Virus record (IMG/VR): IMGVR_UViG_3300007513_000001
Span: 62,001-126,000 of that record
Strand: one strand, 5' to 3'
Length of the DNA stretch: 64,000 nucleotides
How positions within the stretch are numbered: the first letter of the stretch is position 1; each line of letters opens with the position of its first letter. The notes below the pieces were generated by a model. It had not been told where the DNA came from. It did not search any database and saw only the letters and a list, made by a program, of their open reading frames with translations. Shown one piece after another: positions 1 through 9,897 of this stretch. Both the position numbers and the translations under genes were made by a program.

Positions 1-1
1 A

Positions 2-1384
2 ATTCTGCAAGATCAATACATTAAAGACTATTCTGCAGCCAAGGGCTTGATGGAGACAATTAAGTCATCTGCAAATTATTCATGCCGTCACCTCCGCGGG
101 AGTTCGTGTGCAGAAGGTTTGAGAGCACTTAAGGCTGCTGATAAAAAATCTCAGTTTTTTAAAACTTGTGCTTTCCGGTGCACATATAAAAAAGCAAAAG
201 AAAAATTTGTTGGAAGCAGTTATGGAATTACTAATTTTTCTTATTTTTTAGCAGAGACTCAATATGTCGGAAAAATTAAACCGCACCAACTCTTAGTTGT
301 CGATGAAGCTCATAATTCAGAATTAGAATTAAGTAAATTTATTGAAATTGGAATCTCTAAAAGATTTTGTGTTAGAGTGCTTAAGCTTACAATGCCAGAT
401 TTTTCTAGCCAAAAACAAGCTATAAACTGGGTAGAGCAAGTTTATGAACCAAGGTTGTCTTCGCACGTAAAGCATATCGAAAATATGCTAGAGAAATATG
501 TTGGATTAAAAGAAAAGATTAAAGAATTTGCTAATATAGCTAATAAATTTGAGATGTTAGATAAACATGCATGCAAACTTAGAAGATTTCTATCTCACTA
601 CTCTGAAGAAAATTGGGTCTTTAATTACGAAAAAGAGGGAGACAGCGCAAGACTAGAGTTTAAACCTGTGGATATATCTAAGTTTGCTCAAGAATATCTT
701 CTCAAATATGGCAAACAAGTTTTGATGATGTCTGCAACAATATTAAATAAAGATGCATTCTGCGAGCTGATGGGGATAAAAAAAGAAGAAGCTGCTTTTA
801 TTTCTATTCCATCTCCATTCCCAAAAGACAATCGCCCTATTATAGTCAGCCCTATTGGAAAAATGAGTTCGTCTTCTATTGATCAAACTCTGCCAAAGTT
901 GGCCATTGCTATCAAAGAAATTATTGATAACCATGAAGATGAAAAGGGGATTATTCATTGCCACTCTTACAAAATAGCAAATTATTTGAAAAAAAATATT
1001 AAATCTAACAGGTTTTTAATTCACGATTCTTCAAATAGGGATATGATTCTTGAAAAACATATGAAATCAAAAAAACCAACCATACTACTAAGCCCATCTA
1101 TGACGGAAGGAGTAGATTTAAAAGGCGATATGAGTAGATTCCAAATTTTGTGTAAGGTGCCTTATCCGTATCTTGGAGATAAGCTAATCAAAAAGAAAAT
1201 GAATAAATGGAATTGGTGGTATCCAATGCAAACAGCTAAGACTATAGTTCAATCTGTTGGTAGAAGCATAAGAAATAAAGAAGATTATGCCGCAACTTAT
1301 ATCTTAGATTCGGATTGGAATTATTTTTATAAAAGAAATTCTGCATACTTACCTACAGATTTTTCTTCTTGCATTCTTCAATAG
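2..1384 (+). CDS. DinG/Rad3-family SF2 helicase, 5'-truncated by the window edge
   Basis: The frame is open from base 2 (ILQDQY, motif Ia-like), so the track start at 47 is not the true start. Motifs: LLVVDEAH (II), MSAT (III), SMTEGVDLKG (V), QSVGRSIR (VI), plus a Cys cluster that could bind Fe-S. Confidence 0.9.
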   Translation: MLQDQYIKDYSAAKGLMETIKSSANYSCRHLRGSSCAEGLRALKAADKKSQFFKTCAFRCTYKKAKEKFVGSSYGITNFSYFLAETQYVGKIKPHQLLVVDEAHNSELELSKFIEIGISKRFCVRVLKLTMPDFSSQKQAINWVEQVYEPRLSSHVKHIENMLEKYVGLKEKIKEFANIANKFEMLDKHACKLRRFLSHYSEENWVFNYEKEGDSARLEFKPVDISKFAQEYLLKYGKQVLMMSATILNKDAFCELMGIKKEEAAFISIPSPFPKDNRPIIVSPIGKMSSSSIDQTLPKLAIAIKEIIDNHEDEKGIIHCHSYKIANYLKKNIKSNRFLIHDSSNRDMILEKHMKSKKPTILLSPSMTEGVDLKGDMSRFQILCKVPYPYLGDKLIKKKMNKWNWWYPMQTAKTIVQSVGRSIRNKEDYAATYILDSDWNYFYKRNSAYLPTDFSSCILQ

Positions 1385-1393
1385 GACATAACG

Positions 1394-1930
1394 ATGCCAG
1401 GCTTAGTTTACAAAAATATACACGAGCTCAAGAAAGAGTTAGATAACTGGGGATATTCTATCTTTACAATATCTGGTGGTTTTGATCCTATTCACGTGGG
1501 TCATATTAGATATATAACTTCCGCAGCAGAGGCTGCTCAAGTAGGATCTCCCGATACTGGTTTCTGGAACCCGGGGGTGTTGGTGGTTATTGTTAATAGC
1601 GATGGTTTTCTAAAGAGAAAGAAAGGATATTCGTTTATGCCCTTAGAAGAAAGAATGGAAATAATCTCCTCTATTGAAGGCGTCGATTTTGTTACTTGCT
1701 GGGATGATGGCACTCAAACAGTAATAGGCGCATTAGAAATACTGAAACCTCAATTCTTTTTAAAGGGCGGCGACAGATGCGATCCAGAGAGTGTACCAGA
1801 ATTCTCGACATGCGATAAAATTGGTTGCGAAGTGCTTTTTGACATAGGGGGAAAAGAAAAGGTTCAAAGCTCTTCAGAGCTGGTGCGGCAATATGAAAAC
1901 ATTAGACTCAAAAAAGATAAAAAGAAATAA
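1394..1930 (+). CDS. Cytidylyltransferase-like nucleotidyltransferase (TagD/RibL/RfaE-II superfamily)
   Basis: SGGFDPIHVGH (HxGH) motif, KGGDR, and a C-terminal SSSEL(V) motif. Confidence 0.85.
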   Translation: MPGLVYKNIHELKKELDNWGYSIFTISGGFDPIHVGHIRYITSAAEAAQVGSPDTGFWNPGVLVVIVNSDGFLKRKKGYSFMPLEERMEIISSIEGVDFVTCWDDGTQTVIGALEILKPQFFLKGGDRCDPESVPEFSTCDKIGCEVLFDIGGKEKVQSSSELVRQYENIRLKKDKKK

Positions 1931-2507
1931 AAAAACGACTGATATTCTAAGAGAATATATTAGATTCATACAAGAAGATGTAGGAGGAATCGACTCTGTT
2001 AATATTCTTTCACAATACGCGCATAGAGACCAAAAAAGAAGAACTGGAGAACCCTATTTTTTACACCCGCAAGAAGTTTCTAACATAGTAAAAAAATATT
2101 ACCCGGGAAATAAAGTAGCTTATTATTCTGCGCTTCTCCATGATTCAATGGAGGATGGATTAGATTTAGGCAACTTTGAAGATGAAGATGAGCTAATAGC
2201 TTTTATACTAGACGCGATATCGGATGATAAGGTTTCTAGTAGAGTAATAGAAGTGGTAAGCTTACTCACTAAAAGAAAAAATGCCCCCTATGATTTTTAT
2301 ATACGTGGTATAATGAATGATCCAGACGCAGTAATTGTTAAGCTCGCTGATATGCTCCACAACCTTTCTGATAACCCGTCGCCCAGGCAAATAGTCAAAT
2401 ATGGAAAAGCTGTTAGGGATATATCAGATTCTTCTCAGGGCCCACCGACGTTTGTTAATAGGTCGCACTGGAATGCTCTACTAAAATTAACGCAAACAGA
2501 AAAGTAG
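1893..2507 (+). CDS. Stand-alone RelA/SpoT-type HD hydrolase (small alarmone hydrolase, Mesh1-like)
   Basis: AHRDQKRRTGEPYFLHP, LLHDSMED and VKLADMLHN motifs; no synthetase domain; exact start uncertain. Confidence 0.85.
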   Translation: MKTLDSKKIKRNKKTTDILREYIRFIQEDVGGIDSVNILSQYAHRDQKRRTGEPYFLHPQEVSNIVKKYYPGNKVAYYSALLHDSMEDGLDLGNFEDEDELIAFILDAISDDKVSSRVIEVVSLLTKRKNAPYDFYIRGIMNDPDAVIVKLADMLHNLSDNPSPRQIVKYGKAVRDISDSSQGPPTFVNRSHWNALLKLTQTEK

Positions 2508-2555
2508 AATGCTAATTTAGTTTATTTCTAATCTAAAATTAACATAATTAGAAAT

Positions 2556-3737
2556 ATGTCGATATTCAAGCACCATAAATCCTCTGGCGATAGATCAGCT
2601 TCAGATCGCTCTCGTCATAAAGGAAAAATAGAGAAAGCTATAAAAGAAGGCATCCACCACATTGTTGCTGAAGAAAGCATCATTGGCCAGGATGGAAAAA
2701 AGAAATTTAAGATTCCTGTTAGAGGGATAAAAGAATATCGCTTTGTATATGGAAAAAACTCTAGTAAAAAAGTTGGAGCTGCGCCTGGAAAAAATATTAG
2801 AAAAGGTCAAACAATAGGAAAAAAAGATTCCAGCGACCAAGGACCCGGGCAGGGAAATAAGCCAGGAAATGAAAAGGGCGAAGAATACTATGAGGTAGAA
2901 ATAACTCTAGAAGAATTAGCTTCTTACTTGTTTGATAATCTTGAGTTGCCAGAGCTTGAAAAGAAGCAAATGAAGAAAATTCTTTCTGAAAAACCAAAGC
3001 GACATGGATATCGAAACAAGGGGATCCGTCCGCGGCTAGACAAAAAAGAAACAGTAAAAAGAATGCTTCGAAGAAAAAATATGTCTAAAAGGCATAAAGA
3101 AATCGAAGAAGAAGATGATTTTTCTTTTAACCAAAGAGACTTAAGATATAAACACATTAAAAAGAAGTTTAATCAGCATTCAAATGCAGTGATATTCTTT
3201 GTAATGGATATTTCAGGGTCGATGACGGAAAACAAAAAATATTTAGCTAGAAGCTTTTTCTTTCTTTTATATCATTTTGTAAGATCTAAATACGAAAATA
3301 CAGAATTAGTTTTTATTGCCCACGATTCGCAAGCTTATGAAGTGAGCGAAGACCAATTTTTTAAAAGAGGGTCTTCTGGAGGAACTATAGTTTCTTCTTC
3401 TACAGAGATGGTTTTAGACATTGTCAGCAAAAGGTACCACCCAAGCAGCTGGAATATCTACTTGTTCCAGTGTAGCGACGGAGACAACTGGCCGTCAGAC
3501 AATGAGAAATTAGCTGACCATATAATAAAATTAATACCGATGGTTCAGCTTTACGGATATTGCGAAATAGTGCCATCTGACGACAGGCTTAGATGGGCTG
3601 ATGATAGCAAAGGATTGGGGGCTATGGTGTTTAAGCCGTTGAGTGGTTTTAATCTAAAAGTTGCAGATATTAGTTCTCCCGAAGATATTTGGCCTGCTTT
3701 TAAATCATTTTTCGGAGGTAGGAGTTTAGATGTCTGA
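2556..3737 (+). CDS. yeaH: YeaH/YhbH (DUF444) family VWA-domain protein
   Basis: N-terminal DRSASDRSRH, Gly-rich linker, MIDAS-like MDISGSM...GGT...SDGDN. Confidence 0.9.
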   Translation: MSIFKHHKSSGDRSASDRSRHKGKIEKAIKEGIHHIVAEESIIGQDGKKKFKIPVRGIKEYRFVYGKNSSKKVGAAPGKNIRKGQTIGKKDSSDQGPGQGNKPGNEKGEEYYEVEITLEELASYLFDNLELPELEKKQMKKILSEKPKRHGYRNKGIRPRLDKKETVKRMLRRKNMSKRHKEIEEEDDFSFNQRDLRYKHIKKKFNQHSNAVIFFVMDISGSMTENKKYLARSFFFLLYHFVRSKYENTELVFIAHDSQAYEVSEDQFFKRGSSGGTIVSSSTEMVLDIVSKRYHPSSWNIYLFQCSDGDNWPSDNEKLADHIIKLIPMVQLYGYCEIVPSDDRLRWADDSKGLGAMVFKPLSGFNLKVADISSPEDIWPAFKSFFGGRSLDV

Positions 3738-5043
3738 TTGGAGTCTTAAAGATTTAGAATTCTGGGATGAAAAGATATGCAAAATTGCAGAAGAGTGTAA
3801 TTTAGACTGGTATCCTATCACTTATGAAACATGCGACTACTATGAGATGATAGGGCACATGTCATATCACGGCATGCCATCGCATTATAACCATTGGTCT
3901 TTTGGCAAAAGTTTCGAAAGAACTCATCAAATGTATAATCTTGGTATGGAAGGCTTGCCCTATGAATTGATTATTAATTCAAATCCTTCTATATCTTATC
4001 TCATGAGAGAAAACCCTCTATATTTACAAATTCTTATAATGGCACACTGCGTAGGGCATTCAGATTTCTTTAAAAATAATAGAACTTTTGAGCTTACACA
4101 TGCAGACACTATTGTTTCTTCTTTAAGGAACGCCAAAAAGAGAATTCAGTCTTATATTGAAGATCCCAGCATTGGAATAGAAGAAGTAGAAAAAATAATA
4201 GATGCGGCTCACACCCTGCAGTTTCAAACCTACAGATATCCAAAAGAATATATTTCCAATAAAAAGAAAAAAGAAGAGCTAAAACTTTATTTAAAATCTC
4301 AGAGCGAAGCAGGAAAAGATGTAGATTTTTCTGTTTTAGACAACACACCTCTCGAACCCGAATATGATATATTGGGCTTTTTATTAGAATATTCTGACTC
4401 TCTAGAAGAGTGGGAAAGAGATATATTAGAAATAGTTAAAGTAGAATCTAATTACTTTTTACCACAAATTAAAACTAAAATTATGAATGAGGGATGGGCT
4501 TCTTATTGGCATTATACTATTCTTCATAAATTAGATTTACCGCAAAAATATCATTTGCCATTTCTAAAAAGCCACAACCAAGTTATTAAGCCTCATATAG
4601 GTGCTATTAATCCTTATCATTTGGGGTTTGAAATATTTAGAAGAATTGAAGAACGCGATGGAATTGAAGAATGTTTTTTAGCTAGAGAAATTCATCACGA
4701 TGAATCTTTCATTCGCCAATATCTAACTGAGGAAGATTGTCGAGATTTAAATTTATTTTCTTATGCTAATTTTGGGGATAAAATTAAAATAACTGATGTT
4801 TCTGATAAAGAAAGTTGGAAAATAGTGAGAGATGATTTAATTAAAAGAACGGGAACCAACAACATACCAGTAATTTATGTTGATTCAATAGACTTAGGGA
4901 ACATGTTAGTTTTACATCACGAACACGACGGAAGAGATCTAGAAATAGACCATGCAGAAAAAGTAGTGGATCATATAACTACGCTCTGGAAAAATCCAGT
5001 TAAATTATTAACAATCATTGAAGATGAACCATTTGAAATTTAG
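3730..5043 (+). CDS. spoVR: SpoVR/YcgB family protein
   Basis: GMPSHYNHWSFGK, YELIINSNP, MAHCVGHSDFFKNN, KIMNEGWASYWH; 8-nt overlap with yeaH. Confidence 0.92.
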   Translation: MSDWSLKDLEFWDEKICKIAEECNLDWYPITYETCDYYEMIGHMSYHGMPSHYNHWSFGKSFERTHQMYNLGMEGLPYELIINSNPSISYLMRENPLYLQILIMAHCVGHSDFFKNNRTFELTHADTIVSSLRNAKKRIQSYIEDPSIGIEEVEKIIDAAHTLQFQTYRYPKEYISNKKKKEELKLYLKSQSEAGKDVDFSVLDNTPLEPEYDILGFLLEYSDSLEEWERDILEIVKVESNYFLPQIKTKIMNEGWASYWHYTILHKLDLPQKYHLPFLKSHNQVIKPHIGAINPYHLGFEIFRRIEERDGIEECFLAREIHHDESFIRQYLTEEDCRDLNLFSYANFGDKIKITDVSDKESWKIVRDDLIKRTGTNNIPVIYVDSIDLGNMLVLHHEHDGRDLEIDHAEKVVDHITTLWKNPVKLLTIIEDEPFEI

Positions 5044-5051
5044 AGGGGAAC

Positions 5052-6992
5052 ATGCCAAAAAAGAAAACAGAAGACTTTCTTAAAATAATAGAAAATCAGA
5101 GAAATACAAAAAAAGAAGAACGTTTCAATGGAACTTTTTTAGAATATCTAGAAGAAGTTCAGAACAATCCCTCTATAGCGGATCACGCTCATAAAAAACT
5201 TTATGACACTATTGCTAATTTTGGATTCGAGGTTTTATCTGATGAAGATCCTCGAAAACGAAAAATATTTGATGGTGAAAATATAAAGATTTATGATTAT
5301 TTCAAGAGCGAATTTTTTGGTATGGAGCAAGTTCTTTCTAGATTAATGAGATTTTTAAAAGCTGCTTCTCTCAAGGGAGAAGAAAGTAGACAAGTATTGC
5401 TCTTGATGGGTCCAGTTGGAGCTGGTAAATCTGCTCTAGTTGAACATATAAAAAGAGCTATGGAGCATGCTCCAAATTATTACCACTTAGCGGGAGATCC
5501 TCAAAGAGGAGAACCGCTTCAACTAGTGCCAAGAGCGCTTAGGGAACAATTTGAAAGCATGATCGGTGTAAAAATCGAAGGCGACATCAGTCCCGTGGCA
5601 AGATATAAGCTCTTAGAAGAACATGGCGGTAAGTACGAACAGTTCCCCATAGTACAATCATCGTATTCTCAAAGGGGTCGCCGCGGGATTGCTGTCGTTC
5701 CTCCAATGGATGCTAACAGTCAAGACGTTTCGGTCTTAATAGGCTCAGAAGATATATCTAAGCTAGACAAATATTCAGAAGACGACCCCCGGATTTTATC
5801 GCTCAACGGTGCATTCAACGTTGGAAATAGAGGCATTGTTGAACTTGTTGAAGTCTTTAAGAATGAGATCGAATTTCTTCACACTATTATTACAGCGACC
5901 CAGGAAAAAAGAGTTCCGTCTCCAGGGAAGCATGACATGGTGTTTTTTGACGGTGTTATTTTAGCACACTGTAACGAAGCAGAGTGGAATAGATTCAGAT
6001 CAGAGCATACTAACGAAGCTATTCTAGATAGAATTGTTAAAATTAATGTACCGTATGTTTTAGAGCTGAATAAAGAAATAAAGATTTACGAGAAAATATT
6101 GGGAAGATCAGACTTTAAAGCACATATAGCGCCCCACACTATTAAGATAGCTTCTATGTTTTCAATCATGTCGAGATTAAAAAGTTCTCAAAAATGTGAT
6201 CTTCTTACGAAGATGAAAATTTACAATGGCGAAGAAGTAATTGAAAAAGGAAGAGTCAAAAAGATTGATATTAGAGACTTAAGAGAAGAATCTAGAGGGG
6301 AGGGTATGAAAGGAATTTCTACTCGATTCATCATGAAATGCATTGATGCAGCGCTTACCGATTCTGATTCTGGGTACATTACTCCTATTTCCGTTATGGA
6401 ATCAATTAAAAAGCAAGTTAACGAACAGCTAATTGACGAAGATTTTAGAGAAAGATGTCAAGAAATTATTGGCGGAATTGTTAGAGAAGAATACCTTAAA
6501 ATTCTTGAAAACGAAATAGCCAAAGCGTTCGTCACCGCCTATGAAGAACAAGCTCAAGCTTTATTTGATACGTATCTTGATAATGCTGAAGCTCATACAA
6601 CTCATGCTAGGATCAAGGACAAGATCACTAAAGAAGAACGCGAGCCAGATGAGAAGTATATGAGAGCGATCGAAGAGCAAATTGGGATTACTGGATCTTC
6701 AAGAGACGGATTTCGATCTGACGTAACCGCTTATATGTTTGCTAAAATGAGAAGAGGCGAAAAAGTCAACTATACTTCTTATGAGCCACTAAAAGAAGCA
6801 ATTGAAAGTTATTTAGTTGGATCTGTTAAAGATATGGCGCGAATCGTTACTAAGTCAAAAACTCGTGATGACGACCAAAAGAAAAAATATAGTGACATGG
6901 TTCAAACTATGGTCGATGAATATGGATATTCCCCAGATTCTGCCGAAGAAGTTTTAACTTACGCCAGTAATAATCTTTGGCGAGATAGTTAA
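5052..6992 (+). CDS. prkA: PrkA/YeaG family AAA+ ATPase (annotated Ser kinase)
   Basis: FFGME, Walker A GPVGAGKS, RGIVELVEVFK, NEAILDRI, VPYVL, GMKGISTRF; 646 aa is typical of the family. Confidence 0.92.
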   Translation: MPKKKTEDFLKIIENQRNTKKEERFNGTFLEYLEEVQNNPSIADHAHKKLYDTIANFGFEVLSDEDPRKRKIFDGENIKIYDYFKSEFFGMEQVLSRLMRFLKAASLKGEESRQVLLLMGPVGAGKSALVEHIKRAMEHAPNYYHLAGDPQRGEPLQLVPRALREQFESMIGVKIEGDISPVARYKLLEEHGGKYEQFPIVQSSYSQRGRRGIAVVPPMDANSQDVSVLIGSEDISKLDKYSEDDPRILSLNGAFNVGNRGIVELVEVFKNEIEFLHTIITATQEKRVPSPGKHDMVFFDGVILAHCNEAEWNRFRSEHTNEAILDRIVKINVPYVLELNKEIKIYEKILGRSDFKAHIAPHTIKIASMFSIMSRLKSSQKCDLLTKMKIYNGEEVIEKGRVKKIDIRDLREESRGEGMKGISTRFIMKCIDAALTDSDSGYITPISVMESIKKQVNEQLIDEDFRERCQEIIGGIVREEYLKILENEIAKAFVTAYEEQAQALFDTYLDNAEAHTTHARIKDKITKEEREPDEKYMRAIEEQIGITGSSRDGFRSDVTAYMFAKMRRGEKVNYTSYEPLKEAIESYLVGSVKDMARIVTKSKTRDDDQKKKYSDMVQTMVDEYGYSPDSAEEVLTYASNNLWRDS

Positions 6993-7024
6993 TGTACAAT
7001 TAGCTTCTATTTATTATTTTTTTA

Positions 7025-7312
7025 ATGGAGGCTTATATGAATAATAAAGTAGTTTTTGGCATGCCAGAAGTTCTAGTGGCTGGATCTTTTTTGCTTTTAG
7101 TTTCTGGCTTAACTTGGCAGGGGTGGTCTATTTTTGTGCTCGGTATGTTTGGAGCATTTATGAGATTTAGCTTAGAAATACAGAAAGCAAAAGTAGCTGA
7201 AGAAAAACAAAAAGAAGTAGTTGATAAAGTTGAAAACTTTGGAAAAACAGTTGCAGAACTAGCTGCATTTGGTCAGGTGTTTGGAAGCAAGAATGACGGT
7301 AAACTTCACTAA
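7025..7312 (+). CDS. Small membrane protein
   Basis: Two hydrophobic segments followed by a charged C-terminal half. Confidence 0.6.
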   Translation: MEAYMNNKVVFGMPEVLVAGSFLLLVSGLTWQGWSIFVLGMFGAFMRFSLEIQKAKVAEEKQKEVVDKVENFGKTVAELAAFGQVFGSKNDGKLH

Positions 7313-8645
7313 TTTTTATAGAGTTGAAGACACTGAATCTTTTTTAATTAAATCTAAACCTACGATCAAGAATTTTGCTAGAAATTTTAAAAAGTTGTCT
7401 AGTGGAAAAATAGAATTTTTTCTTAAAGATACGGTTGTTAAAGCTTCTTGGATAGACGGACTTAGATTAATATTAGAGTGCTTCGAAGAAGATAACAAGA
7501 TCATTAGAGATATTGTAGCAGAAGGTTTTATCTCAGTAGAAAAAATGCATCCGGGATCGGGATATTTTTATTTAATCGCTTTTCTACAGGGGCTAATGTA
7601 TAATTCTAACGATTGCTATTATGAAGAAATCCACTCTATTTCTAAACTTGCGAAAAGAGCAGATCTTTCTGAGCTTAAAGCTAGCATCAACTTAAATGAA
7701 GACGAATTCATAAAAAGCTTCGTAGATTTTATTATCAATCAAGCTGGTTTTAATTGCTCTTTTTCTTTAAAAGAAACACCGCAGTTTAATTCTAGGTTTA
7801 TTGTTTCTTCTTCGTATGATTTTCCAATAGCAGCACCCGTTGAATTTCTTCACGGAATCAATGTTTCAAATATTTCTATTTTTGATTCTAAAGCTATTGT
7901 TTACGATGGAGTAATAGAAAGTGTGGGAGAAATTCATCATGTTTTAAGCTATTTTTCTGAAAATAAATTAGATTTAATATTAGTTGCAAGAGGGTTTTCA
8001 GATGATGTAATCAATACTTTGGCTGTAAATTATAATAGAAAATCTCTAAGAGTCATTCCTGCGAGACTACTTTTTTCACTAGAGAGCATAAACTCTCTTA
8101 AAGATTTTTCCGTTGCAGCAGACGCAGAATTTGTAGATTCAACAAGCGGAAAATCCATATCTAGTTTAGATTTTAAAGAATTAAGATCTATTCACCACAT
8201 AGAAATCGACCACTTAAAATGTGCCATGCGAAACTCTAGAACTTCTAGTCGCGTTTTATCTTTAGTCTTTCAAATAAACAAAAAAATAGAAGCGACTGAT
8301 ATAGAAGAAAAAAAGGAAATTCTTCGAAAAAGAGTGGCTTCATTAAATGGGAGAAAAACAACAATTTATTTAGGGCAGCATTTAAGAAACGCAAAAGGAA
8401 TAACTAGAGACAGAATACTTTCTACTATCGGTATTTTAAACACAATAAGCCGGCATGGAATACTTAATTTAAAAGAAATAGAAGGAGAGAATTTGATTAA
8501 TCTTCGGAGTATTGTTAACTTTCTGACGGATTCTAATATGGAATTAGTCCCTGCAGCGTGTTTTATTCATGGCACCCTGAATGGTTTTAAGACAGCAAAC
8601 CAAGTAAAAAATGGAAGTTATATGCTTTTGCTGGATAATCAATGA
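7269..8645 (+). CDS. Divergent GroEL/Cpn60-like protein (apical domain recognisable, ATP motif degenerate); likely start at ATG 7293
   Basis: [17 protein letters not shown]...[19 protein letters not shown] resembles GroEL ILLADKKIS...[40 protein letters not shown] resembles ERVAKLAGGVAVIKVG; no GDGTTT. Confidence 0.7.
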   Translation: [458 protein letters not shown]

Positions 8646-9124
8646 TAACCCCTCGAGACTCAAAGTGGTTTTGTGGAGGTGGAAAACCGGCTGCTTTTTG
8701 TCAAATATTAGATGAAATTATAAATTCAGACCCTTCAGCAGAAATATATGTTGGAACGGATTCAGATCCCAGTAGAAAAAAAGTTGCTTTCGTAACTGGT
8801 GTTGTAATAAGATATCCGGGCAATGGTGCAAACTATTATTGGTCTCGAAGATATATAGAGTCAAATAAATTTTTTAATTTAGGGCATCGGCTAGAGCTAG
8901 AAGTAGCGGACTCAATTGTAGTTGCAACTGTGCTAAGAAAAGAAACTGGAAGAGATAAAATAATAATTCATGCGGACTGTAGTAGCGATCCTAGAAATGC
9001 TAGTTTTGAATTCCTAAACAGGATCACTAGTTATTCTAGAGCTATGGGTTTCACTACTGTGGCTAAGCCTGATAGTTGGGCTGCCAGCTCTGTAGCTGAC
9101 AAGCACGCAAAATCAATTAGCTGA
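8642..9124 (+). CDS. Ribonuclease H-like YkuK (DUF458) family protein
   Basis: IYVGTDS, RLELEV, IHAD, KPDSWAASSVADKH acidic motif pattern. Confidence 0.8.
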   Translation: MITPRDSKWFCGGGKPAAFCQILDEIINSDPSAEIYVGTDSDPSRKKVAFVTGVVIRYPGNGANYYWSRRYIESNKFFNLGHRLELEVADSIVVATVLRKETGRDKIIIHADCSSDPRNASFEFLNRITSYSRAMGFTTVAKPDSWAASSVADKHAKSIS

Positions 9125-9171
9125 TTTTACTTAGAGTCAAAATTGATTAGTTTGATCTATGGAGGTTTGTC

Positions 9172-9426
9172 ATGCCTAGAAGTAAGAAAACAACAATAAA
9201 ATCAACACCACAGCCGCCCCAAATAAAAGAAGGCGTTGTTGGAAGAATGACTAGAGACGTCATCGAGCTCCACGGTCAGTATTTAAAAGAAGAGCTAGTA
9301 GGTAATCCGGAAGCGTATAGTTTAAATCGCGACCAATTACAGAAAGTGTGCGAGTTAGTAGATGCTATTACTGTAAGAACTCAAGATAAAGCTTTAAGAC
9401 AAGTAGTCTCTATTTTTAAATCTTAG
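9172..9426 (+). CDS. Hypothetical protein
   Basis: GGAGG Shine-Dalgarno 5 nt before the ATG; tiles with its neighbours. Confidence 0.65.
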   Translation: MPRSKKTTIKSTPQPPQIKEGVVGRMTRDVIELHGQYLKEELVGNPEAYSLNRDQLQKVCELVDAITVRTQDKALRQVVSIFKS

Positions 9427-9435
9427 CGCAAAATT

Positions 9436-9897
9436 ATGCACGGAATAAGGCATCTAATAAATTGTCATTGCATTTTACCGCAATTTAAAAAATCTACAAA
9501 CCCCCTATTTCATAAATTTGTCGTCTTTTCAATAATAGACGACGACGATAATGTTGTACCGTCATATGCACAATGTAATAATTGTTCTATAGTTCATAAA
9601 ATTATAGACTTATGCAATTCTGAAATTGTAAAAGGTAAAGAGCAACTAGCAAGTTTGCCAACCATTACAGATATTAAGCTAGAATTCCCAGATTCCTTGT
9701 CTGAATTGTTAGTTTCTTATAAATCGGATATAACCATATGGCAACATGCTCAGTTTATTCTGAGGCATCAGAGGTGGGGAGAAAAAATAATAATTCAAAG
9801 AGAAGAAGATGAATCAAGTGTTCAGGGTAAAATACTAACTTTTGTTTCGCCTATTCAATTTAGAATGGAAAGTTTTCAAGAGGATAACGATGTCTAA
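9436..9897 (+). CDS. Hypothetical protein with a putative Zn-binding CxC...CxxC...C set
   Basis: HLINCHCILPQF, AQCNNC, DLC. Confidence 0.65.
   Translation: MHGIRHLINCHCILPQFKKSTNPLFHKFVVFSIIDDDDNVVPSYAQCNNCSIVHKIIDLCNSEIVKGKEQLASLPTITDIKLEFPDSLSELLVSYKSDITIWQHAQFILRHQRWGEKIIIQREEDESSVQGKILTFVSPIQFRMESFQEDNDV

Noticed and set aside
2-1384. DinG as part of a type IV CRISPR system
   Set aside because: No Csf/Cas7-like neighbours or array are present.
7025-7312. Class II holin
   Set aside because: The topology is compatible, but there is no adjacent endolysin or spanin and no family motif.
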